Positions 1 to 14,541 of a stretch of 64,000 nucleotides of DNA are shown here, piece after piece (positions within the stretch are counted from its first letter, which is position 1; each line of letters begins with the position of its first letter). Both the position numbers and the translations under genes were made by a program. Under the pieces are notes generated by a model that was given only the letters and a program-made list of their open reading frames with translations, was not told the origin of the DNA and did no database searches. Source of the DNA: Hemiscyllium ocellatum (Eukaryota); assembly GCF_020745735.1 (NCBI RefSeq), contig NC_083413.1, positions 66,216,001 through 66,280,000 on the forward strand, read 5' to 3'.

Positions 1-3000
1 GGACTGAGATCCAGAGGGTAACGTGCATTCCATGGACCCACTCCTCAGTGTCCCACCCCAAGCAGGAGGAACACAGCTTATGAAAGGAGTGACAGCAGTA
101 GCATCCCAGTGCCTGTTAGCAATTGGTTGGTGACACCCCCCTTCCCCTGTACCTAGTTAATCCTACAGGGTTTGGATACAATTTAATGGATTATCGTATG
201 CAAATTAATTAGCAAGAAGTGACAATATTTGACATAAATGTGAAACCTCTAGTCCTACATCCTCCCACAAGGCAAACAACTTTGCGACATCAAGCTCCCA
301 CAGAATCTTCTATGTTTCATTAAGTCACTTTTATTCTTCCAAACTCCAAATGATAGACCTGGCCAGTTTAATCTTACTTTACATGACACCTCACTAATTC
401 TATTGCTAGCCTCATAAACCTTCACTGAATTGCTTTTGATGCATTTTGATCCTTCCCTGAATGAACCCAATTCTCCATGCTGCATTCCAGATGGTCTCAC
501 CATGCCTTGTATAATGGAAAAATAAGCTGCTACTGTAGTATTCAATTCCCCTCACAACATACAATAACATTCTTACCTACCTATTTGCTCTACCTTGAAA
601 TGATCACAGTCGATCAACCTTATGAACTTTTAGTTATGACTTTTATTACAGAAAAAGATACAGCTAAAAGTTTACTGTGCATGTAAATTCAGTGGCTTTC
701 TGTATATTTTAGGTGGGGCGGGGGTGGGGGAGATGTGGTGTGAAGTAGGCTTCAAAGAGATGGACTTAAGAGGGAGAAACACACAATGAAGTGAATGATA
801 ATCTCCCAGAGTCATCTCAGACTGCAAACATGATGGGGAAGAAAGTAGTCAGGGTGAGAGACATGTTTTGCATCTTCCCCTGTCGAGAATACATGAGAAC
901 AGGGGTTAAAAGCCAATTTGAGCTTGCATTGTGTATTAGCAGGAAAAGATATGCTATTGAGCGAAGGTACGCATATATTAGCGTAGGTGCAAGTGCTGGT
1001 ACACTGTGTAACCACCATTAGTCACCTCCATGCTGCAGGTAAAGGACTTTCACTGAGTTCTAGAAGTCAGCTAGCCAATCAAAAGGAAACAGGACACAGG
1101 GATTCTCTCATCCTGGGACCTGCCAGCCAGAATAGAAGCAGGAAAAAATAATTTCTTGCTTGAAAAAATAACCTTACGACCAAGGGGACTGAATAAGGAA
1201 GTGGAGCCAGATCATCCACCTTCATCCAGGAGCTTGATGATTTGGTATATCAATGCCTGTTTGGGGTCTGCTCATAACCTGCGCACTAACCTTTCATGAT
1301 TCATGCACTAGCGAACCCAGTTTCATACCTCTGCAAGCTCTCACCCTTCTTCCTGCTAAAATGGACAATTTCACATTTTCCCACATTATATTCAACTCAC
1401 CAGATCTTTACTTATTTAACCTATCTATATCCCTTTTTAGCCTATTTGTCCTTTTAACAACTTACAGCCATACCTTCAGTCCCTTCATCCAAGTCAGTTC
1501 TATATATTACATCAAACTAGAGTGCCTGTGCTGTGGCACACCACTCATTACATTCTGTCAACTTGAAAACAAATCTGTCTATGCCTTTTTCCGATTAGCC
1601 AGTTAATATGCTACACCCTATATAATTTGATTGATATAGGTTGCCATACATTTCTGTAAGACGATAGCTGATCTGTTATGGTCCCAACTTCACGTTTCTG
1701 CCTGTATCCTATAACTTGCTTGTAAATCAAAAGTTTGAGTATATTCAAAGTTATATTAGGAAATCATCCAGTCTCCACTGCTATCTGTAAAAGTGAATTC
1801 AAAAGGCTAAATAACCCTTAATGTCTTAAATAGAAAATCTCTTATTTTTGATCATATATATTCTTGATAAATGAGCATTTAGATGTTGGCTTGCTGCTAA
1901 TGGAAACTTGGAACCATAATAAGTATATTAAATAGTAAAATCAAGTAAATAAATATTTCTGCAGAGGGGGAAATTGATAAGTCAGATTGTTTGAAATAAC
2001 GCTTAGCTAAAGTATTTAGAGAGAGAGTTTCCACCAAAGAATACAGAAGTCAAGACAGTATAAACAGTCACAAGAAATTAAAGAAAAATAATTCTTCAGA
2101 TAAAAGTATATTGTACTCAAGTCAGTTTTATGGAGAATGTAACAGTTGTCACCAGGACATATAAACAGTGTACAAGGTGTCAGTATAAAGTGAAAAGGTG
2201 ACAATTACCAAAGCAGCATGAAGGGCCAAATTATACAGTATGTGGGTCATTCAGCCTATCACATCAATGCTGCGTTTTCTGGAAGAGCTATATGAATAAT
2301 CCTACTTCAACACAGTTTTCTATTTAGCCCTTCAAATTTCTGTTTTCCCAAAATAGTACCTTTTTAAAAAAAGGATTACTAGTGAATCTCCTCCCCCTCT
2401 TTCAGGCACTGCAATCCAAATTATTAGAAGTAACTGGGTGATGAAACCCCCTTGAACTTGCATGGCCTAGGAGCAGACAGACTGTTTTAAGAAAAGAGTT
2501 TATTTGTTTTATACAACCTTCAGGATAGTAATAAAAAGTAATAGCTACTTGTCATTAGTGAAATCCTAGCAATATCAAAGATTCGCTGCAATCATTAGAA
2601 ATTAATTACTGATCATGTGATAGACAGGGATTCTGAATGGAATCTTCATGTTAAATCAAATGTTGCTACCTGCAACTCTAAAGATAATTTCAACTTTTAA
2701 TCCTGAAATTGCATTGTTAAAATCAGAGACTACACATGCAGTGCAATATTGCAGTTATAATATGTAGACTCTTCCTGAACAAATCCTAATATCTTGAGCT
2801 AAATGGAACTAAATACATCCTTTTTAGTTTATTTATTTAATTGAATTAAGAATACACTTACATACTTGACATGGAAAGTCTGGCTTTAAAACGGTGAAAT
2901 CCTGACCTACTGTTCTCATACTGCTCTCTGGTGACTGTTAAAGGTTCGACTTTTAAGTGAGTTTTGTGGTGGTGTGGGTTTGGGGGAGGGCAGAAAATTA

Positions 3001-4083
3001 ATTGCATTCCCCACCAATCTTCAGCAATACCAAAACAATATTCCATTTTTAATTCTCAAAGCACATCATTAAAACATCAAAGTAGCATGTGAATGCAATG
3101 TAAACTGAAGTACCAAGATGTGAAAGATTGTCTCAAGTTAAAAAAGTTTTGTTCAAAAAAAGCCATAGGATGGCTGGTGTTACAAGTGAAAGAAATGCTG
3201 CAGAGACTTTTCTCATAAGTGGGATAAAGCCTGAGCTAAGCAGCTGAAGTTTTATTTGATACCTTGTCACATATCCATCCACAGATACAGGATTTAAAAA
3301 CTGGATGTCTGATATTTAGCAAACAAACTCACTTTATCTGAAATTTATCAATTGGATCCTTGAAAAACATTACTACTTTAAATAGAGCCCAAATCAATCC
3401 TGGCACCTGCTGCTGTATACTTTACTACAACAAAAAGCTCATGCCATCTAGCTGTAGGGAAAACCAATAGCAGCTGAACATCCCAAAACATAACTGTACC
3501 AACCTAGGCTGTATAGGTATTCTTTATAAAGAAAAATGTAATTTTGGGCAAAGTAACAAAAACCAATTTAGAATTGACTAGACGGGAAAACAAAAGAGAA
3601 AATACTTCTTAAATAATAGTGTTCTATTTGTAAACACAAGTCTTATTTTTGTTTGGCACTTTTAAATAAAATCTCTTTACATCAGGTCATTTCTAATTTT
3701 TTTTTAAAAGATAACTTAAGTGTCGACTGAATCACTTTGCCTAGAATTCAGTTATTTTAAGAGTGTGCAAAAGCAATACTAATGATGAGTTATGATAATC
3801 TGAAATATTAACTTTCCTTGCAACACATGCTGTCTGACCTATATTGCCAGTATGATATTCATACACCTTTGAATGTGATAATGCTAAAACATGTTAACCA
3901 AGTATATTATAGACAGAAATTAATCTGAAATAATTGCCTTTCATTGGAAAGTTTCAAACTTCAAAATCTCCTATATGTAAAGGTGTTGCTAAATTAAAGC
4001 AGAAACTACTTAAGACAGCCACTATAAATTGGTGGTAAAAATGGTTGTAAAATAGTCCAAGAGGTTACTGAAGATTATCTCAC

Positions 4084-4156
4084 CATTAAAGAAATCCGCA
4101 TGGACTGCTTTTTCATTAGCTGCAAGATCCATCAGAAGGCCTGAACTTCCTCCTGC
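4084..4156 (-). CDS. COPS9: COP9 signalosome subunit 9 (MYEOV2/CSNAP), coding exon 2
   Basis: 73-nt exon between tttttcag acceptor and gtgag donor; encodes [24 protein letters not shown](+G), the near-invariant vertebrate COPS9 sequence. The expected final exon (DFEDLFDDDD...) was not found in 1-4083. Confidence 0.96.
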
Positions 4157-4559
4157 CTGAAAAATAAAGAAAATGACTGGAGTTATTTCAATATATTTTA
4201 TGGGGTTCAAAGACTGTTAAGTTTTTCATCTACACTGAAAAATAGCAGACTCGAAGCTTCTCCCAATGACTGACAAATGAACAGTAAACATATAGGGTGC
4301 CACAGAATCAGACAATTCCAGATTGGCAGTTCAGACTCGATGGGCCAAGAGGTCTCATGTATACTGCATGATTCAATGATTCAGTTCTGGGTGATGGCTA
4401 AATTGATAAGTGCATGGCAACAGCAGGAGAGTTACAAATGATATAGGAAGGGGATGAAAGAATCCACCAGCCATGGCTTCTCCTCCTGATTCCAGCTGGA
4501 AAGTACACTTGTAGGCACTGGTAGAGGACACAACAGATGTAGCCATGTTGTGCCTATGA

Positions 4560-5330
4560 CCAAGCTATGAATGCTACCGTCTATATTTTCACATGAGAAA
4601 TGCCCATTTGAAAATATCCTGGAGTACTGCTGACAGATTCATAATCAAGATCAACTCACTGCCTTACTGTAAAGGAGGGTATCAACAGAAGGTGAATAAA
4701 GTAATATTTAAAAATCAGAAGCAATACACAAGAGTAGGAGCTAGACTCCAGTTTCTAAAACAGTATATTCAAGACTTTATTAATGAAACTGTGGGAAAAG
4801 ATTTGCTAGGACTGGAGATCAGAGCTGGAAATGTGTTGCTGGAAAAGCGCAGGTCAGGTAGCATCCAAGGAGCAGGAGAGTCGACAAATTCCTGAAGAAG
4901 GGCTCATGCCCAAAACGTCAACTCTCCTGCTCCTTGGATGCTGCCTGACCTGCTGCGCTTTTCCAGCAACACATTTTCAGAAAAGATTTGCTAACCCACG
5001 ATTGGCCCACAAAAGCAAATTGGCCAAATTGTACGAGGACACCCAGAATTCCCGAGCAGCTCACGAACTGGGTCAGATGATACGCAGACAATAGAATACG
5101 CTTTCAAACTCCCACGGACATGACAGAGACTCAAAGCCCTCAGGGCAGTTTCACAACCCAGCAACAGCAAAGCCACATAAGAGTGGGACAGACAGATAGG
5201 TACCGCAGGATAATGGAAGCACCTCGTCACTCCAGAAAAGACTTTAACACCTACCTGGGAAGATGAATGGAACCATGATATTATCAGGATGTTGCATTGT
5301 GTGAAGGAACTGGACACTCATCCGATAAAC
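4560..5330 (+). mobile_element. Highly decayed LTR-retroelement (Ty3/Gypsy- or retrovirus-like) RT remnant, split by a palindromic insertion
   Basis: Translation gives FHMRNAHLKISWSTADR (~LDLKNAFHQIPL..DR), LPY..GYQQKVNKVI (~MPFG..FQRLMNKVL), QYIQDFI (~VYLDDII) and RLKALRAVSQPSN (~KVKAI..WP.P) in the right order and spacing once 4809-4980 is removed. Confidence 0.4.
4809..4980. mobile_element. Palindromic Penelope-derived mini-element with hammerhead-like motif in the loop
   Basis: ~60-bp inverted arms; loop CTGAAGAAGGGCTCATGCCCAAAACGTC; 13-bp TSD aaaagatttgcta (4796-4808 / 4981-4993). Confidence 0.85.
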
Positions 5331-8300
5331 TGTTTTCCAATTAGCACCCTTGCAACTAAATTACTCTATTTTCAGAAACATTATATTTTCCCATTTCTTA
5401 ATCAGTGTCATTGTGCAGCATTAATATAAAACTGGTCTCATCCTCAGCCCTGGGAGGAGAAACCAAATTCTCTGTGCAGACTGTCAGTTCTGTGTCAGCT
5501 AGTCTGTTTTCTTCTCCAGTGACATCACTTGCAATAAACTGTTTGTCAATTTCACTTCGCGCTGTGATTTGTGATCTCTAACCTATTGGGCAAATTTCTC
5601 CAACAGAAACAAACACTAATAAGAGGTGCAACAGGTTGGAGTTTAAACTGCAGTCACCCATTTTCTTATAGCAGGAAACAAATAACACACCTTTTCTCTC
5701 AGTTGGAGTAATGAAACAAAATACAGAGTAACTTTAACAATCCAGGAAGCTTATGAAAACCATGTATAGGTGTAATGCTCCTAATTTAAAAAAGTATTTC
5801 ACAGGAATATTACATAGCAACATTTGACACTAAGACAAATAAAGGGATGGATCTTGGAACTAAATACCAAAAGTTTCATCAAAAAGGTAAGCTTTGAGGA
5901 GTATCTCAGAGGAAGATAGGAATACAAGGAAAGAGGTTTAGGTGGAGAATTTCAGATTTTATGGCCTTGGCAACTTAGCTACCAAAACAAATGATATGGG
6001 GAGGAATTATAATCCAAAACTAACTGGACTGTATGTGCACAACTGTCCAAGCCCCAATACACTTTCAAATGTGTGTACGATTCATAAGCATTTTTAAAAC
6101 TTGTTGTTTTCAAACATCAGTGGATAGCCAAAAGCTCCTGAAATGTTTAATCCCACATATGGCACAGAAATATTCTGGGAATGAGAACTGAGATAAGAGT
6201 ATAATAACCATTAACAGATGAACATTTGTGATGTTCTTAAAGAGGACAAAAGAAGTTCACTAACAGCAGAGGATAACCATGCAGAGTTGTGTATGGGACT
6301 CATTTGCAGTACTTTTGGCAGAAGAAAGGAGCACAAATAATGAAAGGTCCGCTGCAACAGGAACACAAGAATAAAACTCAGCCATGATGGCCCTCGAGCC
6401 AGTTCCATCATTGAATTAGAGCTGAAAATCAATGCTGTTTATCTGTACCTGCTGCATTTTCTTTGACACTCACCTTACAATCTCAAATTTGAAAATTTCA
6501 AGTAACTCAACATCCACTGTCCTCTGAGGGAGAGTTCAGGATTTCCATAATTATTTTTTCTTCTTTGCTAATGGTCTGTTTCTAATTTTAAGATTTTTCT
6601 GCCTTGTTTTTAATCCCATTTGAGCATTTTTTTTCTGTAGGTACTCGATGGAATCCTATTATATTCCAATTGTGACAATTTTGCTTTATATTTAATATTG
6701 CTCGGATGACTTAAGTTTTGAAGAATTGAGGGGGACATATCTAAAGAGACGTCTTTCAGAAATCATTGAAAGTTCACTGTACAAACTGGAGGTGTTTTCT
6801 TTTGCAAACAAGGTTTCCTAGAAATCACATGGCTGATAATAACTGCTTGCTTTACTGTAGACCCTGGTCAGGCTGGTTTGAACGGTGACAGTCTTCCAGA
6901 TATGCTTATTTCACGTGGTTCAATTGTAAGCCGAGTTGGAGAAAACCCTGTTATGTTGGAGAAACTGCCTAGCTGGTTTCTCATTTCTATAAAGAAAACA
7001 CTGCATCAGTTCAGGGTGAAACTTCTTTGTTCTTTTGAAAATGTGACTGAAAAAACATCTCAGGATCGTGCTTCCTGAGCAAGCTATGTCTAGAAGACTT
7101 CAGGACAACTATACAAGATTAATGCAAGACTAACTTGACCTCATGTGACAGAACAGCAATAGAATCCAGAACATATTATGTTTTATCCTTTTGAGTTCAA
7201 GAATAACTCATTGTTCAGTGTTATTTTCAGAAAATCGAGAGCTGCAGAAAAATCTTTTTACCCTCTCGTTCCTGAAGTTTATGTGTACTTTAAGGATATT
7301 TACAGAGATAAGCATTTATACTTCTATATAACCTACGATGTGTGTAAACAATTATTGCATTGTATTAACGAGGCAATTGGGTATCCATTGATGTTCAAAA
7401 ACAAAATGTTTTTAAATGCTCATGAATCATACACACATTTGAAAGTGTATTGGGGCTCAGACAATTCTGCACATACAGTCCAGTTGGTTTTGGTTTATAA
7501 TTCCTCCCCATATCATTTGTTTTGGTAACCCAGTTGCCAAGGCCTTAACCACTGAAATTCTCCACCTAAACCTCTTTCCTTGCATTCCTATCTTCCTCTG
7601 AGATACTCCTCAAAACTTACCTTCTTGATGAAACTTTTAGTATTCGATTCCAATATCCATATCTTTATGTGGCTCAGCGTCAAATGTTGCTGCGTAATAC
7701 TCCTGTGAAATATTTTGATAAACTATGAATTGCGTTTATTAAAAGCCCTAGTTGTTAGAATTTGTTTAAAAATGCAATAGAATTTTCTAAAAATGCAATA
7801 CAGAAAGGTTTTAATTAATTGCTCGTGTTTGTAAATTGGAAAAGAACATTTTATTTTATGCTACGATCCATGGAGCAGTGGGACTAGAGTAACAGTGCAC
7901 TTCTCCAAGCTCAGTGGTAACATAATCTGCTCAATTATTACAACTCAACCGTCCAAATGTCAGAGAGTATGAGCTAATTTAACATATACACTCTGCTTGA
8001 GGAGTATGACTCAGAACTGAAAATAAAACTGCAGATTAAAGTTTTCAAAATACTGCTTTTGTTCACTGCTCTGTATCTGAAACGCAATTTTTTCCTTCTC
8101 GTTTAACTCAACCTCAATACTTCAATAAAAACATTGCAGATGCTGGAACTCTAAAATAAAAACAGAAAGCGCTGGAGAAAGTGTCAGATTGAACTTGAGA
8201 CTTTAACTTTGTTTCTTTCTCCACAGATGCTCCCGGACCTGCTGACTTTCTCTAGAACCTTCTGGTTTTAACCGAACAGATAAGTCTCTTGACTCCTTGA

Positions 8301-8579
8301 TTGCTTCTAATTTGTCATACTGCTCTGCTGTTTTCAATGAGAATGTATTTCAACAAACCTCAAAATTGGGAAGACAGAATTCATTGCCTTCAATCGCTCC
8401 ACAAATTCTATTCAGTAGCCACTGACTCCATCTCTCTTGTGGGCAATTACCTGAGTCTAAATCAATCCATTTGTGACCCTGGCTCTTATTTGACTCCAAG
8501 ATGAGCTTCTGATCTTATATGTTCTCCATCACCAACGCCAGCTACTTCCTCCTCTGTGCTATATTTCTCCACACACCTT

Positions 8580-9095
8580 CAGCTCACCTGCTTTAACTTA
8601 GGGAATGGTTCACTGAGCATCTCAGCCAAGCTCGCAAAGGCCGACCTGACCTCCCAGTCTCCGCCAATTTTAATTCCCCATCCCACTCCCTTTCTGACAT
8701 GACCATCTTTGGCCTCCTCCATTACCACAAAGAACCAAATTACAAACTGGAGGAACAACACATCATCTTCCGCCTGGGCAGTCTTCAGCCTGGAGGACTC
8801 AACATTGAAATCTCCAATTTCAAGTAACCTCCATTTCCAACCCAACCTCCGATTCCTTCCCTCATCTTCCCTTCCACAACCGGATTCATTTCTCCCATGG
8901 ACCAACCAGGTCGTACCTTCTACCAGTCTTCACCTATCCCTCCTTCACCACCCTACCTCTGTCATCCCCTTTAACTGCAGCTCCCCTTACACCAACCATC
9001 AGTCCCGAAGAAGAGTTACACCCAAAATGGCGACTCCTCCATCTGCTGATGCTGCCTGACCTACTGTGTTCCTCCAGCCTCCTGCCTGTCTACTT
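8580..9095 (+). mobile_element. Degraded Penelope-like 3' fragment (GIY-YIG C-terminus + pLTR)
   Basis: RFTEHL...HFNSPSHS...LEEQHIIFRLGSLQPGGLNIE-like translation, followed by the gatgctgcctgacct pLTR motif shared with 21100-21180. Confidence 0.75.
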
Positions 9096-9344
9096 ATTAC
9101 TTTCCAACATTACTTACTTCTTTCCAACATTCTGCTGACTGGCCTCCAATGTTCAACCTGCCTGAGCTCATCTAGAATTTAACAGTTCCATCCTAACTCA
9201 CTCGTAGTTCCCAATTCCCTACCTTCCTTGGTCCCGATGACTTACATAACCCAAAGAAGCAAGTTCCAATTCTCTTTGTGTTCAAATGCCTCCACAGACT
9301 CAATTCTTCAACCACTGTGAACTCCTCGGACTCTCAACATCAAC

Positions 9345-10305
9345 ATCAGTATATTCCTGTCAGGGTGAAAGGGAAGGCTGGTAGGTATAAGAACTGCTGG
9401 ACGACTAAAGAAATTGAGGATTTGGTAAAGAAAAATAAGGAAGCATATATCAGGTATAGACAGGATAGATCGAATGAATCCTTAGAGGAGTATAAAGAAA
9501 TAGGAGTAAACTTAAGAGGGAAATCAGGAGGGCAAAAAGGGAACATGAGACAGTTTTGGCAAATAGAATTAAGGAGAATCCAAAGGGTTTTTACAAATAT
9601 ATTAAGGACAAAAGGGTAACTAGGGAGAGAGTAGGGCCTTTCAAAGATCAGCAAGCCGGCCTTTGTGTGGAGCCACAGAAAATGGGGGAGATACTAAATG
9701 AATATTTTGCATCAGTATTTACTGTGGAAAAAGATATGAAAGATATAGACAGTAGGGAAATAGATGGTGACATCTTGCAAAATGTCCAGATTACAGAGGA
9801 GAAAGTGCTGGATGTCTTGAAACGGTTAAAGGTGGATAAATCCCCAGGACCTGATCAGGTATACCTGAGAACTCTGTGGGAAGCTAGAGAAGTGATTGCT
9901 GGGCCTCTTGCTGAGATATTTGTATCAATGATAGTCACAGGTAAGGTGCCGGAAGACTGTAGGTTGGCAAACGTGGTGCCACTGTTTAAGAAGGGCGGTA
10001 AAGACAAGCCAGGGAACAATAGACCAGTGAGCCTGACCTTGGTGGTGGGCAAGTTGTTGGAGGGAATCCTGAGAGACAGGATATACATGTATTTGGAAAG
10101 GCAAGCACTGATTAGGGATAGTCAACATGGCTTTGTGCGTGGGAAATCATGTCTCACAAACTTGATTGAGTTTTTTGAAGAAGTTATAAAGAAGAGTGAT
10201 GAGGGCAGAGCAGTAGATGTGATCTATATGGATTTCAGTAAGGCGTTCGACAAGGTTCCCCACGGGATACTGATTAGCAAGGTTAGATCTCATGGAATAC
10301 AGGGT
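9345..10305 (+). mobile_element. CR1 LINE ORF2 internal fragment (N-terminal part of RT)
   Basis: ORF 9556-10365 with KSPGPD, ANVVPLFKKG, RPVSLT, QHGF..GKSCLTNL, DFSKAFDKVPH motifs; truncated at both ends. Confidence 0.93.
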
Positions 10306-10589
10306 GACCGTCAGCCATCGATTCCCTCACCCTCAGGCCTGAACACTTCCCTTTTTGTTTTTTAAAAAAAGATGAATCAAAGAAAAGGAAACCAAGTTTA
10401 CCATCCTGGGATGTTTTTGCAGGGCCTTGGAAGTTGGTATTTGATTTCCAACCCAGTATCCGGGGCAGCCTGTCCCTGTTGCCCACCCTGATGGTTCACT
10501 CTGGTTTCTGTATTCCCTCAACCACTTTCCTGGACTCTGCTTTCCTTTGCCCAACATCCGAGTCCCACTTGGTCAACTGTTCACCATCT

Positions 10590-12748
<2,159 letters not shown>

Positions 12749-13409
12749 TTAATATCAGACAGAGGAATGCTTTAATAACATGTTTGTGGTGAAGTGATAA
12801 TTCAGCAGCAATACGTTGCCGATATTGACAAAATAAATCCAAAGACATTTGGAGCAAAGGAAATAATCCTCCCCAAATTAGCAAACTTGAAAAAGTAGAT
12901 GTTTGCAAGTCCTGTCACATAGTTTCAAGTATTTCCTTATTGTCACTTCAGATTTTGTTAATGTTGGTAACAATGTCAAATAGTTAACTGAATGTAATTG
13001 AGTTGTACATGACGTCTGTCAGTCAGTGACTATTTTAAATCGTGTGTGAGTTGTAGGTGTCCTCATGACAAGTCACTCCAGGGGCCAGAAACCCCAATCA
13101 TTTATGTTTCCAAATGTGCCTCTTGTTTCACCTAAACTTCAATAAAAATCCAACCAGCTTCAACCCTGGATGAAAGTTCCACAGATTCGAGGGCATATTA
13201 TAGAGGAAGCTTTGCACAGACGCCACGTTTCTGGCCCAGAAATGGAGAAAATTATGACTTCATTAAATCATTAACCGTTGCATATCCAAACATCAAATAC
13301 TGCTGACAAGAGAGATATTTTTACAAAGCTTTTCAACTTCAAATGGTAGCAACATTTATACCACAGATTAGTTGGCATCTTGACTGAACACCCGAGGCAC
13401 TTCTCTAGA

Positions 13410-13725
13410 GACAAAATTAAAAAAAACACGACACCGGGTTATAGTCCAACAGGTTTGTTTGAAACAACCAAGCTTTCAGAGCCTCACTCTTTCCTCAAGC
13501 AGCTAATGAGAGAAAACATTGGATACAAAATTTATAATTAAAAGCTCAAGTGGTCATATAATTTGTGCATAAGTATTGAACAAACCTAGATCGCTATTTC
13601 GTCTTTAATCAGCAAGAATGCAGGTGCAGGTTTTGATTGATTAATAAATCTGTTGGACTATAACCTTTGGGCATGTGATTTTTTTGACTTTGTCCATCCC
13701 AGTCCAACACCAGCACCTCCACGTC
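13410..13725. mobile_element. Penelope-derived element with inverted pLTRs
   Basis: ggttatagtccaacag ... ctgttggactataacc inverted pair; same family as 37030-38258 and 47858-47994. Confidence 0.7.
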
Positions 13726-13867
13726 ATGACAGTGTAAGACGTTCTCCAAGCTTCTGCATATCATGTAGTTCAAAATGACGCAACATATAATTGTACAGGA
13801 GTATGTCATTTTTAACACATGTAAATGAGCCAACTTACAAGATTGACTGACTAACTTAAATTTGTTG

Positions 13868-14541
13868 GTTTGATTTGATTTGATTTATTGTTACATGTAC
13901 CTAAGCTTTGTTTAGCAAGCAGTGCAGGAGGATCATAGCAATAAGGATGTACAGATCATAGGGTGCTTAGACAGAGTGAGGTATATGTAAAGATGGGCTG
14001 AAGGGCTAAAATTGTTGATAATATTCGACAGCTGCATGACCTTAGAATGAGTGTTGTGAACATTCCTGTATGTGCCGAAGTTGACTTGTTTCTGTATTTG
14101 CTTTTCTGCACTTGCTGTTTGTTACACTGTATAAGAGAAAGAGTTTTGTTCCAAGTTGTTGGATTTCATTTTGTTCACTTGTGAACAGTGCTAGGGACAA
14201 TCGTAAGCTTCCAGCACAGCCATTGATCAAGAATTTCCAGACAGGCAGAAGGGCGTGAGGCTTATTGTTTTTTCCTTTCTTTTTCTGTCTTTTAACTTAA
14301 AAAATGTTCATATTTTTAAAAATTGCTGTTGGCGATTCTTCTCTTAACTACATTTAACCGAATATGAAAAAAAACAAGACATTACACAAGGTTACGTCTG
14401 CAGCGGAGGTGTGCAAAGCAAGATCAACATTATTAAAGTTAGAGAGGACTATTTAGCAGTCTAATAACAGCAAAGAAGAAGCTGTTCTTGAACCTGTTTG
14501 TGTGTGTATTCTCACTTCTGTATCTTCTACTGATGGAAGAG
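13868..14541 (-). mobile_element. Rex1/Babar LINE 3' end, interrupted by a 401-bp insertion
   Basis: (ATCAA)n tail after AATAAA on minus strand; RYRS...RFKNSFF..VIRLLN translation at 14450-14540, homologous to the end of ORF 32898-33392. Confidence 0.7.
13986..14386. mobile_element. Candidate solo LTR nested in the Rex1 3'UTR
   Basis: TGTAA...TTACA inverted termini; removing it rejoins the Rex1 3'UTR; no clear TSD. Confidence 0.4.

Noticed and set aside
1-4083. COPS9 exon 3 (DFEDLFDDDD...)
   Set aside because: No matching minus-strand sequence found; presumably outside the window.
6671-7530. Possible LTR-like elements here and at 38850-39885
   Set aside because: Only one convincing TG/CA terminus each and no TSD; insufficient to call.
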